From contig JBGSQB010000090.1 in NCBI GenBank assembly GCA_041738285.1, forward strand, positions 9,980-73,979: a DNA stretch of 64,000 nucleotides. Reading direction: 5' to 3'. The stretch comes from Pseudomonadales bacterium. GTDB lineage: Bacteria > Pseudomonadota > Gammaproteobacteria > Pseudomonadales > Azotimanducaceae. Positions 8,861 to 17,128 of the stretch are shown here, piece after piece. Under the pieces are notes generated by a model. It was not told where the DNA came from. It did no database searches and saw nothing but the letters and a program-made list of their open reading frames with translations. The stretch's first letter is position 1; each line of letters opens with the position of its first letter. A program made the position numbers and the translations under genes.

Positions 8861-9524
8861 CGAGTCAGGATCGTTCGCCGTCCCGGGCAGTGAAGCGGTG
8901 TCCTGGGTGCTTGACTGCGCGCGCGGTCCAGTTGGTTTGCTCGTACTCGCGCATGGCGCCGGGGCCGATATGAATCACGGCACGATGGTTTCGCTTGCCT
9001 GTGCGATCGCGGCGCGCGGGATCGACGTGCTGCGCTTCAACTTCCCGTTCATGCAAGCGGGTCGACGGCGAGTCGACTCGAAAGCGGTGGCGACTGCGAC
9101 CATTGCCGCGGCCGTCGCCGAAGGCCGTGCGCGAAGTCGTGCCGGCAAGCTGCTCCTCGGCGGCCACAGCTTCGGTGGCCGCATGGCATCCCATGCGGTG
9201 ATCGACCACAACCTGGCAGTTGATGGCCTCGTGTTCTGCGCGTACCCCCTGCATCCGGCCGGCAAACCCGGCGTCGAGCGCGCCGAACATCTGCCGCGAA
9301 TCGATATGCCGATGCTCTTCCTATCAGGTACCCGGGATGCATTGGCAACATCGGATTTGTTGCGGGGCGTGGTCGAGGGGCTCGGCCGACGCGCTCATCT
9401 GCATTGGCTCGACACCGCCGATCATGGCTACAAGGTTCAGAAGCGGCTGCGAGCGCGCAGCGACTCGGTGTTCGAGGAGATGGCGGAGCAAATTACCGAT
9501 TTCGCCGGGAAACAGCGGAAATAG
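8853..9524 (+). CDS. Alpha/beta-fold hydrolase (COG3571/KANL3-like predicted hydrolase)
   Basis: LVLAHGAGADMNH and GGHSFGGRMASH. ATG 8853 overlaps the antiporter stop by 8 nt. The stop TAG 9522-9524 lies inside the palindromic repeat. Confidence 0.7.
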   Translation: MADESGSFAVPGSEAVSWVLDCARGPVGLLVLAHGAGADMNHGTMVSLACAIAARGIDVLRFNFPFMQAGRRRVDSKAVATATIAAAVAEGRARSRAGKLLLGGHSFGGRMASHAVIDHNLAVDGLVFCAYPLHPAGKPGVERAEHLPRIDMPMLFLSGTRDALATSDLLRGVVEGLGRRAHLHWLDTADHGYKVQKRLRARSDSVFEEMAEQITDFAGKQRK

Positions 9525-9604
9525 GGGACAGTTGACCTATTTCGCGAACGGTCACCGGATCGCAACGGCCTGCGCTCGAAATAGGTCAACTGTCCCCTAT
9601 TTCC
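9517..9604. repeat. Family-A palindromic intergenic element (perfect 27-28 bp inverted repeat, 32-nt spacer)
   Basis: 9518-9544 GAAATAGGGGACAGTTGACCTATTTCG is the exact reverse complement of 9577-9603. Each arm is itself a small hairpin (GAAATAGG/CCTATTTC). Confidence 0.9.
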
Positions 9605-9632
9605 CCTATTTCCCCTATTTCCCCTATTTCCC
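9594..9632. repeat. Tandem 9-mer CCCCTATTT x4 plus a partial fifth unit
   Basis: Units at 9594, 9603, 9612 and 9621. The array continues the outer end of the right palindrome arm. Confidence 0.9.
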
Positions 9633-10361
9633 GAACGCCTTCAGCCGCTCTTCGAGATCCGGGCCGCGCCCGGGGCTGTTGCTGCGCTCGAACGCCAGCC
9701 CATCGGCGAGGGTGTGATCGAGCCCGCCGTTCACCAGCATCTTGTCGGCGCGCAGGGTGAACCAGGAATTGGCGAGGAATCCGCGTGCGAGAGCCACCGC
9801 ACTCGGCATGAGCTGTGCATCCGCCACACAATCGACCGCAAGGCCGAGGGTCACGGCTTCCCGCCCCGCAACGACGCGACCCGAATACATGAGCTCCTTG
9901 GCGCGCGTCAGACCGACGCGGCGTGGCAACCGCTGGCTCATGCCCCAGGTCGGCGACATGCCCCACTTGCCATGGGTGTCGGCGAACTTGGCGCTCTCGG
10001 CAGCCATGATGAGATCGCACGCCAGCGCCAGTTCCAATGAGCCCGTGTAGCAATGGCCCTGCACCGCGGCGATGACGGGTTGCGGCAGGCGCTCGATTGC
10101 CTCCAGTGTCTCTGCCTGAAAGTGTGGCGATGGCGCTCGCTCGCCTGCCTGGATCGCCTTCAGATCGTTGCCGGCGGAAAACGATCGACCCTTGCCCGCG
10201 AGGATGACGCATCCGATCGTCTCGACCGAGGTGGCGATGTCATCGAGGTGCGCACGCAGTTCAATAAACAGGGCGGGCGACAGCGCATTCAGTGCGTCGG
10301 GTCGATTCAGGGTCAGAATCGAAAGTCCTGCGTCGTCTTCCCGCACCACCAGATTGGTCAT
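9624..10361 (-). CDS. Enoyl-CoA hydratase/isomerase (crotonase) family protein
   Basis: LTLNRPDALNAL, GKGRSFSAGNDL and AAVQGHCYTGSLELALACD. Start trimmed to ATG 10361 (MTNLVV...). The stop codon lies in the 9-mer array. Confidence 0.85.
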   Translation of the reverse strand: MTNLVVREDDAGLSILTLNRPDALNALSPALFIELRAHLDDIATSVETIGCVILAGKGRSFSAGNDLKAIQAGERAPSPHFQAETLEAIERLPQPVIAAVQGHCYTGSLELALACDLIMAAESAKFADTHGKWGMSPTWGMSQRLPRRVGLTRAKELMYSGRVVAGREAVTLGLAVDCVADAQLMPSAVALARGFLANSWFTLRADKMLVNGGLDHTLADGLAFERSNSPGRGPDLEERLKAFGK

Positions 10362-10417
10362 GCCCGTTCCCCTTCGATCGCCGATAATGCGGACCATCTT
10401 AGTGCCTAAGCCAACCT

Positions 10418-11557
10418 GTGACTAAAGGACCTCGCGTGCTGGTGATCGGTGGCGGTATGGCAGGCCTGTCGTGCGCCGCCCATGCATCGCAGTTTGCCGA
10501 TGTGACCGTGCTCGAAGCGGAGTCCGCGCCGGGCTACCACAGCTCCGGGCGGTCGGCGGCGGCCTACATCGAGCCGTACATCAATGCCACCGTGCATGCG
10601 CTGACCACTGCCAGTCGTGATTTCTTCGAACGCCCTCCAGCAGGCTTCGCGGCGGTGGCGCTGGTGCGGCCGCGGGCCGATCTGCTGATTGCGGGACCAG
10701 AAAAAGCACATCTGATCGACGACTACCTCGCGCGCTGGTCACCGCTGTGCCCGGATCTGGCCGAGGTCAACCACACGGTGGCGCTGGCGCAGGTACCCAT
10801 CCTGCGCCCATCCGCGGTGGCGCGCGCGGTCAGCGACCCCCATGTGATGGATATCGACGTGCACGCATTGCTCGAAGGTTTCAGGCGGTTGCTCACGAGC
10901 CGCGGCGGGGTGCTGACGACCAACCGTAGGGTCGATCAATTGAGCCGGCATGGGTCCATCTGGCAGGTGCGCTGCGACAGCGGCTCGGTGCTCGAAGCCG
11001 ACATCATCGTCAATGCATCGGGGTCCTGGGGCGAGGCGGTTGGCGCGCTGGCGGGCGCGGCGCCGGTGGGATTGGTGCCGAAGCGGCGCACGGCGCTCTT
11101 GATCGATGCCAGTGCCCATGCGATTGCCGACTGGCCGATCGTGCACGAGGTCGAGAGCGCGTTCTATTTCAAACCGGACGCCGGGCGCATTCTGCTCTCA
11201 CCCGCCGATGAGACGCCGAGCGCGCCGTGCGATGCACAGCCCGACGAACTCGACATTGCCATTGCCATCGATCGCTTTGAGGGCGCGGCCACGCTCGCCG
11301 TGCGCAAAGTGGTCCACCGATGGGCGGGGCTGCGCAGCTTCGTTGCCGACAAGATGCCCGTCGTGGGCTTCGACGATGCGGTCGAGGGATTCTTCTGGCT
11401 GGTGGGCCAGGGTGGGTTCGGTATTCAAACCTCACCGGCAATGGGTCGGCTCAGCGCAGCCTTGCTGCGTGGAGAGGCTGTCCCTGCCGATATCGCAGCG
11501 CGCGGTGTTCGCGCCGAACATCTGGCCCCCGCGCGACTACGCGCGCCGCCGCTATAG
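10418..11557 (+). CDS. FAD-dependent oxidoreductase (DAO/glycine-oxidase-like)
   Basis: N-terminal VLVIGGGMAGLSCA dinucleotide-binding fold and DAO-like length. GTG start. The 3' end overlaps the convergent ACAD gene by 6 nt. Confidence 0.75.
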   Translation: MTKGPRVLVIGGGMAGLSCAAHASQFADVTVLEAESAPGYHSSGRSAAAYIEPYINATVHALTTASRDFFERPPAGFAAVALVRPRADLLIAGPEKAHLIDDYLARWSPLCPDLAEVNHTVALAQVPILRPSAVARAVSDPHVMDIDVHALLEGFRRLLTSRGGVLTTNRRVDQLSRHGSIWQVRCDSGSVLEADIIVNASGSWGEAVGALAGAAPVGLVPKRRTALLIDASAHAIADWPIVHEVESAFYFKPDAGRILLSPADETPSAPCDAQPDELDIAIAIDRFEGAATLAVRKVVHRWAGLRSFVADKMPVVGFDDAVEGFFWLVGQGGFGIQTSPAMGRLSAALLRGEAVPADIAARGVRAEHLAPARLRAPPL

Positions 11558-12736
11558 TCCGAGCACCAGTTTCGCGACGATGTTCTTTTGTACTTCGTTG
11601 CTGCCGCCGGCGATCGACGAGGCGCGAAAGTTCAGGTAGTTGGGCACGGTCACCGCGCCTTCGATGGGTCCGATGAGTGGCGTCGCGCTGCCCACGGTAC
11701 GGGCCTCGGGTTGATGTACGTTGCCCCAAGCGCCGAGCGCTTCGACCGCAAGTTCCGAGATGTGCTGACCCATGTCGGCGCCAAGGTTCTTCAGAATCGA
11801 CGATTCGGGTCCGGGGCTCTGGCCCTGGGACAGCGCCGCCATGATGCGAAATTCGGTGTATGAGATGGCGGCCAGCTTCACTTCCGCCGCATCGAGTTTG
11901 CGGCGGAAGGCAGTGTCTTGCGCAACGCCCATCACCGACGCGAGATGGCGCAACTTGGTCAACGCCACCCGCAGGCGGGCGCTGCCACCGCCACCGCGTT
12001 CGAATTCGAGCAGGTACTTGGCAACGGTCCAACCGGCGTTCTCGGCGCCGACGCGATTGCGCATCGGCACGCGCACGTCATCGAAGAACACCTGGTTCAC
12101 TTCGTGGTCGCCCGATACGAACACGATGGGTTCGACGCGGATGCCAGGTGAGTGCATGTCGAGCAGCAGGAAGGTGATGCCCTGCTGCGGTTTGCCGTCG
12201 AAGCGCGTGCGCACGAGCAGGAACATGCGGTTGGCGTGGTGCGCGTGCGTGGTCCAGATCTTGCTGCCGCGCAGCACATAGTCATCGCCATCACTCACTG
12301 CGCGCAGCGACAACGCTGCGAGGTCGGAACCCGATCCGGGCTCGGAGTAGCCCTGACACCAGTAGTCTTCACCGGACAGGATGCGCGGCAGGTAATGCGC
12401 CTTCTGCTCGTCGGTGCCATGACCGATGAGCATCGGGCCGCACATGCCGAGGCCCATCGGCGCGAGCGACGGCGCACCAGCTAGACTCGATTCGGTCGAC
12501 CAGATGAAGCGCTGGGTCAGGTCCCAGCCGGTACCGCCGTAGCGCACCGGCCACGACGGCGCGATCCATCCCTTCTCATGCAGGATGCGATGCCAACGGA
12601 TGTTGATGTCGTAGTCCTGGAAGATGCCTGGGCAGTAGCGGGCGCCAGCACGTAGATCCTCATCGAGGGCCTCATCGAGGAAGCGGCGTACTTCGTCCCG
12701 GAATGACTCGTGCTGCGGCGCGAAACCGGATTTCAT
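11552..12736 (-). CDS. Acyl-CoA dehydrogenase
   Basis: YWCQGYSEPGSGSDLA, KIWTTHA and EFERGGGG. About 60% identical by eye to the second ACAD at 55346. ATGA overlap with the upstream stop. Confidence 0.9.
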   Translation of the reverse strand: MKSGFAPQHESFRDEVRRFLDEALDEDLRAGARYCPGIFQDYDINIRWHRILHEKGWIAPSWPVRYGGTGWDLTQRFIWSTESSLAGAPSLAPMGLGMCGPMLIGHGTDEQKAHYLPRILSGEDYWCQGYSEPGSGSDLAALSLRAVSDGDDYVLRGSKIWTTHAHHANRMFLLVRTRFDGKPQQGITFLLLDMHSPGIRVEPIVFVSGDHEVNQVFFDDVRVPMRNRVGAENAGWTVAKYLLEFERGGGGSARLRVALTKLRHLASVMGVAQDTAFRRKLDAAEVKLAAISYTEFRIMAALSQGQSPGPESSILKNLGADMGQHISELAVEALGAWGNVHQPEARTVGSATPLIGPIEGAVTVPNYLNFRASSIAGGSNEVQKNIVAKLVLGL

Positions 12737-13281
12737 AGTCGGGCCTTGACCAGGGCTTCCAACTCGAACACATGGGGATCATCAGCGTCAATCTCGCGCA
12801 GTGCCGCCGCAAGCTGGAGCAGGTACTCGAGATTGCTGCCGCTCGGGCCGTGACTGATCGAGATCTGCTTCGCAATCGAAGCCATCGGCGCCGCACCGAG
12901 AAACGCGAAGTTGCCGGGCGCTGCGATGTAAGCGACGCCGGGCGCCGAGTCTTGCTCAAAACTCAGCGTCACGTCGATGCGCTCGTAGCCGTTCTTCTCG
13001 CGGTGGTCCAAGTGATCAAACACATCGTGTTCGATCAGGTACGCGATACCGACGCAGGTCGCGCCCCGATCTTCGATCAGGGTCACCACGCGCCCCGGTG
13101 ATTCGGGCATGCCACGATGATCGTGCGACCCTTGCCAGAAGCGCCGACTGTATCCATCGACAGTGCAGCGGTTGCGCTGGGCGAACGGAAAATCCGGCCG
13201 CCAGATGAGCGAGCCATAACCGAATACCCAGATGCGGTCGTTCAGGACAGGCCGACCGAAATGGCGAAGGCGCGGCGACAC
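12733..13281 (-). CDS. chaC: ChaC-family glutathione-specific gamma-glutamylcyclotransferase
   Basis: VFGYGSLIWRPDF, RRFWQGSHDHRGMPESPGRVVTL. The start is uncertain: GTG 13281 was chosen because ATG 13383 would overlap the upstream gene by 141 nt. Confidence 0.75.
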   Translation of the reverse strand: MSPRLRHFGRPVLNDRIWVFGYGSLIWRPDFPFAQRNRCTVDGYSRRFWQGSHDHRGMPESPGRVVTLIEDRGATCVGIAYLIEHDVFDHLDHREKNGYERIDVTLSFEQDSAPGVAYIAAPGNFAFLGAAPMASIAKQISISHGPSGSNLEYLLQLAAALREIDADDPHVFELEALVKARL

Positions 13282-14432
13282 GATTCCTGCAGCGCGGGCG
13301 TATTGAGATAGTCGATAGCCGTCATCGCCAGCGCCTTGGCGCCGTCGATCGCCGCGGCATCGCCCATATCCGATCGTGCCCACTTGGCAAACTCCGGATT
13401 GTGGATGACGACGTTCTGCGGCGCGGCAGCGAGCATCGGGTGAATCGATGGCACGCGGTAGCTGACGTTACCCATGTCGGTCGACCCACTCGATCCGGGT
13501 GGCAGCTTGTCGATCGGAAAAAACCTGCGGCCCAGGTGCTCGGCATTGCGCTGGAACTGTTCTGCGAGCGGCCAGCTGGTGTTGAGATCCAGGTAGTCAA
13601 CGCCACTCCAATTCACATCGACACTGCATCCCGTGGCCTTGGCGCCAGCTTCGAAGCACGCTGCAACCCGCGGCTTGAGTTCGGCGAGGGCTTCCTTATT
13701 GGCCGCACGCACGTAGAAGTCGCCCGCGGCGAACTCCGGCACGATGTTCGGCGCAAGGCCGCCGTCGGTAACGATGCCATGGATGCGCTCGGTGCTTTGA
13801 ATGTGCTGGCGCAGATTGGAGATCGCCTGGTAGGCGAGCAGCAGACCATCGAGCGCGTTCACACCCTTGTGCGGCATGGCGGATGCATGTGCGGACTTGC
13901 CGTGGTACTCCACCCGCACCTCGGCGACGCAGATGCACGGCATGGTGGCGAGGTTGATTCCCGACGGGTGGATCATCAACGCGGCGTCGACGCCGTCGAA
14001 GGCGCCGGCGCGCGCCATCAGCTCTTTGCCACCACCTTTTTCTTCTGCTGGAGTTCCCAACAGGCGCACGGTGCCGCATAGGTTCTTGCGCACCTGGGCG
14101 AGCGCGAGCGTTGCACCGAGTGCAGCGGTTGCGATCAGGTTGTGTCCGCAGGCATGGCCAATACCTGGCAGCGCGTCGTACTCGGCGAGCAGCGCCAGGC
14201 AGGGCCCGGCCGAGCCGCCAGTGAACTGGGATTCGAACGCGGTTTCGAGCCCGTAGACGCCGGGGCGCGCATTCAAGCCATGATCACTCAACGACTTGAT
14301 CAACAGCGCCGCGGCGTGGTGTTCCTTGAAGGCGAGTTCCGGATTGGCGTGGATTTCGTGCGAGACCGCCAGCAAACCGGGACCTAGGGCATCGACCGCG
14401 GCGGCCGCGGCATGCTTGAGCGCGTCGTTCAT
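13242..14432 (-). CDS. M20-family amidohydrolase/dipeptidase
   Basis: HANPELAFKEH and GHACGHNL motifs of M20D-type enzymes. Start trimmed to ATG 14432 (MNDALKH...) from the 551-aa ORF. Confidence 0.8.
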   Translation of the reverse strand: MNDALKHAAAAAVDALGPGLLAVSHEIHANPELAFKEHHAAALLIKSLSDHGLNARPGVYGLETAFESQFTGGSAGPCLALLAEYDALPGIGHACGHNLIATAALGATLALAQVRKNLCGTVRLLGTPAEEKGGGKELMARAGAFDGVDAALMIHPSGINLATMPCICVAEVRVEYHGKSAHASAMPHKGVNALDGLLLAYQAISNLRQHIQSTERIHGIVTDGGLAPNIVPEFAAGDFYVRAANKEALAELKPRVAACFEAGAKATGCSVDVNWSGVDYLDLNTSWPLAEQFQRNAEHLGRRFFPIDKLPPGSSGSTDMGNVSYRVPSIHPMLAAAPQNVVIHNPEFAKWARSDMGDAAAIDGAKALAMTAIDYLNTPALQESCRRAFAISVGLS

Positions 14433-14510
14433 TGGTGTCGTCGTTGCCGGAGTGTTCGCCGATGGTAGCGCGGCGCGAACGGCACGGCGAATGGCGAACC
14501 TCATCGGGGG

Positions 14511-14539
14511 TTGACTGATGCGCAACGATCCCTTAAAAG
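14511..14539 (+). promoter_or_regulatory. Candidate sigma70 promoter of the TonB-dependent receptor gene
   Basis: TTGACT (14511-14516), 16-17 nt spacer, TTAAAAG. Followed by a roughly 85-nt leader with two hairpins. Confidence 0.3.
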
Positions 14540-14628
14540 AGTCACGCCAGCCGGTTTTTGTGCCGGTGGCAACAGGGTCGTTAGGGGTAGCGGCCGATGC
14601 GCGTGATCGGCCATTGGGGAGAAACCAT

Positions 14629-17046
14629 ATGAAGCTTACGAGCCTTTCGGCCGCCGCATGGGCGGTGGTCGTGTCGCTGCCGATGATCGTCGCAGCATCG
14701 CCCGCACAGGGCGCAGAGGAAGCCAGTGGACGCGTGATCGAAGAGATCATCGTCACGTCCAGGCGAGTCGAGGAATCGCAGCAGGAAGTTCCGATCGCGG
14801 TCACTGCGTTCTCCGAAGCGGACGTCGCCCAGATCGCACCGCGGACGTTGCGCGATTTCGATGGCCTCGCGCCAAACGTGCGCATCGGCATGAACACCGC
14901 AGGTCCGTCCGCTGGCGCGATCTACATTCGCGGCATCGGCTATGCAGACATCGAAAAGACACAGGCGCCCGCGGTGGGTGTCGTGATGGATGGCGTGTAT
15001 CAGGGTTCGAGTACGGGCCAGCTCATCGACACCTTCGATGTGCGGCAGATGGAGATCAACCGTGGACCCCAAGGGGTGCTGCAGGGTAAGAACACGACCG
15101 GCGGCTCCATCGTCGTAACCCGGTATCGGCCGGAGTTCAACGACTGGGGCTATGCGCTCAACGTTCAAGGCGGTGACTACGACGAGCAACAGCTCAAGGC
15201 GCGGGTGAACATTCCGTTGATCGACGATCAACTCGCACTCAAGATCGCAGCGATCACAAAGGAGCGCGACGGTTACTTCGACAACATCACCGAGGGCTGC
15301 AACGAGTGCGCGGGCGACATCGACTACGATTCGGCGACGGCGGCGCTGCGATGGGAGCCGAACGATAAGTTCAGCGCGACGCTGACCTACGACTACATCA
15401 AGGACCGCGGCGACATTCCGCCCCAGGATCCCACCTGGGATGGCGACAACCCGTTCGAGAACGCGGCCAACTTCGACGAGTTCCAGGAGTACGACGTCGA
15501 CGCGTTCAGTTTGGTGCTGTCCCACGAGTTCGATTTCGGCACCGTCAGCATGGTCCATTCGCGAACCAACGCCGATGACACCGTCGGCCAGGACTTCGAT
15601 GGCGGCGACCGCACCAGTGGTGCAAGTCCGCTGGGAACTCTGCACACGCTAAGGGAGCAGGAGTTCGAGGTCACCACCCATGAGTTGAAACTCGATGGCG
15701 ACGTACCGTGGGTCGAGGACATGCAATACACGGTGGGTGGCTTCTACTACAAATCGGATCTCGACTTTGCCCAGGGCACCAACCTGATTCTGCAGATTCC
15801 ACTCGGCTTGCCGCCAGGTCTGCCCTGCTCGGCGATTGGTCCGGTTCCGGGACTCGGGCTTGGGGTGGACAATCCTGACCCCGCGATCGGCAACTCGCTG
15901 TGTCAGTTCCCGCCGAGCTATGCGAACCAGGAGAGCAGCGAAGAAGTGAAGTCGTACGCGGCCTTCGGCGCAATCACCTGGGACATTACCGACGAAATCG
16001 AATTGCACGCGGGTCTGCGCTACATATCGGAAGAGAAGGACTTCAAGACTGAGTTTGGCACGCGGGCAGCGCCGGGCGGTCCGGTCGATCAGTACTACGG
16101 CGATCCGATCAATCCACCGAAGCGCCCGTCGGTCACCACTTTTGCCGGTTTCCCCGTCAAGGCTGATGATGACTGGGACAAGACCGTAGGTGAGTTGTCG
16201 GCGTCTTGGCAGTACACGGACGCAAACATGGTGTATGTGTCCTACTCCCAGGGCTTCCGCAGTGGCGGCTTCAGCATTCGGGGTACCGACCCAAACCGGC
16301 TGGCGTTCAATCCGGAGACCATCGATGCCTATGAGATCGGGTTGAAGAACGATTTCCTCGATCGGAAACTGCGGGTGAACTTCAATGCGTTCTATATGGA
16401 GTTGGAAGATCAGCAATTCAGCTCGATCATCAATCAGCCGGCACCTCCAGGCACCAACACGCTCATCCTGAATGCCGAAGGAACGGAGAGTCAGGGCATC
16501 GAATTGGAGATCATCGCGTCGTTGGGTGAGAACTTCACCGTGATGGCAGTGGGTGGTTGGCAGGATGTCGAGAGCAAGGACTCGAGCTTCAGCTGTCTGG
16601 ACCGTCCGGTGCCGCCCTTGGGCCAAGGCTGTGATCCAATCTTGAACCCCGACATGTTCGTCAACGGCCAGCCGATCAACATCGACTCGGAAGGCGGCAA
16701 CACGGGTTTCACCTCGGAGTGGAACTATGCCCTGACAGGTGTCTACGACCGCGAAATCGGCCCCGGCCATTTCTTTGCGAGCGTCAGCGTGAAGGCGACG
16801 GACGATGTGATTATCGCTGCCGATCAGAACGGCGATGCGTTCTACGAGCCGGACTACAAGCTCTGGGATGCGCGTGTGGCGTATGAAATGGCGCTGGCGA
16901 ACGAAGACGAACTGCTGTTCGAGGTGTTTGGCAAGAACCTGACCGATGAGGAATATCGCGAGCAGCGCCTGTTCCTCGGCAATGGATTGTTCCAAGGCTG
17001 GGGTCCGCCGCGTACATGGGCGGTATCGGTGTCCTACAAGCACTGA
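14629..17046 (+). CDS. TonB-dependent outer-membrane receptor
   Basis: Signal peptide MKLTSLSAAAWAVVVSLPMIVAASPAQG, plug region IEEIIVTSRRVEESQQEVPIAVTAF and NRGPQGVLQGKNTTGGSI, then a long beta-barrel. SD GGGGAG lies before ATG 14629. Confidence 0.9.
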   Translation: MKLTSLSAAAWAVVVSLPMIVAASPAQGAEEASGRVIEEIIVTSRRVEESQQEVPIAVTAFSEADVAQIAPRTLRDFDGLAPNVRIGMNTAGPSAGAIYIRGIGYADIEKTQAPAVGVVMDGVYQGSSTGQLIDTFDVRQMEINRGPQGVLQGKNTTGGSIVVTRYRPEFNDWGYALNVQGGDYDEQQLKARVNIPLIDDQLALKIAAITKERDGYFDNITEGCNECAGDIDYDSATAALRWEPNDKFSATLTYDYIKDRGDIPPQDPTWDGDNPFENAANFDEFQEYDVDAFSLVLSHEFDFGTVSMVHSRTNADDTVGQDFDGGDRTSGASPLGTLHTLREQEFEVTTHELKLDGDVPWVEDMQYTVGGFYYKSDLDFAQGTNLILQIPLGLPPGLPCSAIGPVPGLGLGVDNPDPAIGNSLCQFPPSYANQESSEEVKSYAAFGAITWDITDEIELHAGLRYISEEKDFKTEFGTRAAPGGPVDQYYGDPINPPKRPSVTTFAGFPVKADDDWDKTVGELSASWQYTDANMVYVSYSQGFRSGGFSIRGTDPNRLAFNPETIDAYEIGLKNDFLDRKLRVNFNAFYMELEDQQFSSIINQPAPPGTNTLILNAEGTESQGIELEIIASLGENFTVMAVGGWQDVESKDSSFSCLDRPVPPLGQGCDPILNPDMFVNGQPINIDSEGGNTGFTSEWNYALTGVYDREIGPGHFFASVSVKATDDVIIAADQNGDAFYEPDYKLWDARVAYEMALANEDELLFEVFGKNLTDEEYREQRLFLGNGLFQGWGPPRTWAVSVSYKH

Positions 17047-17067
17047 TACCTTTAATCGAGTGAACCC

Positions 17068-17096
17068 GAAAGAGCCGGCTTCGCGCCGGCTCTTTC
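17068..17096 (+). terminator. Hairpin downstream of the receptor gene
   Basis: GAAAGAGCCGGC-TTCGC-GCCGGCTCTTTC, a 12-bp stem. It has only a weak T tail, so it could be an attenuating or processing hairpin rather than a strong terminator. Confidence 0.45.
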
Positions 17097-17128
17097 ACAT
17101 CAGCTACATCGATTCCCGGGAGGTACCC

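Noticed and set aside
9594-9632. Possible CRISPR-like array
   Set aside because: The units are 9 bp and directly abutting with no spacers, and no cas genes are present. It is a microsatellite-type tandem repeat.
9586-10212. ORF ending in EIGEIGEIGEIG, translated from the 9-mer tandem array
   Set aside because: It is off-frame within the crotonase gene and has an Arg/Gly-rich junk translation. The peptide repeat is just the DNA tandem repeat read through.
12733-13383. Full-length 216-aa version of the ChaC ORF starting at ATG 13383
   Set aside because: It would overlap the upstream M20 gene by 141 nt with an Arg/Gly-rich N-terminus. A GTG at 13281 gives a plausible length, though the true start remains uncertain.
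14540-14628. Possible riboswitch in the ~85-nt leader of the TonB-dependent receptor
   Set aside because: There are two hairpins (GCCAGCCGG..CCGGTGGC and GGCCGAT..ATCGGCC). I could not find a B12 box, a TPP or other conserved riboswitch core sequences. It would need cmscan to exclude formally.
15649-17043. 464-aa ORF antisense to the TonB-dependent receptor gene
   Set aside because: This is a typical GC-rich shadow ORF. It has Arg/His/Val-rich low-complexity translation and no motifs, and the opposite strand carries an unambiguous receptor with signal peptide and plug. The same reasoning applies to 62342..63802 (-), 22716..23714 (-), 31776..33083 (+), 2760..3947 (+), 19825..21057 (-), 14581..15645 (-), 54074..55087 (-) and the many shorter antisense or off-frame ORFs in the track.
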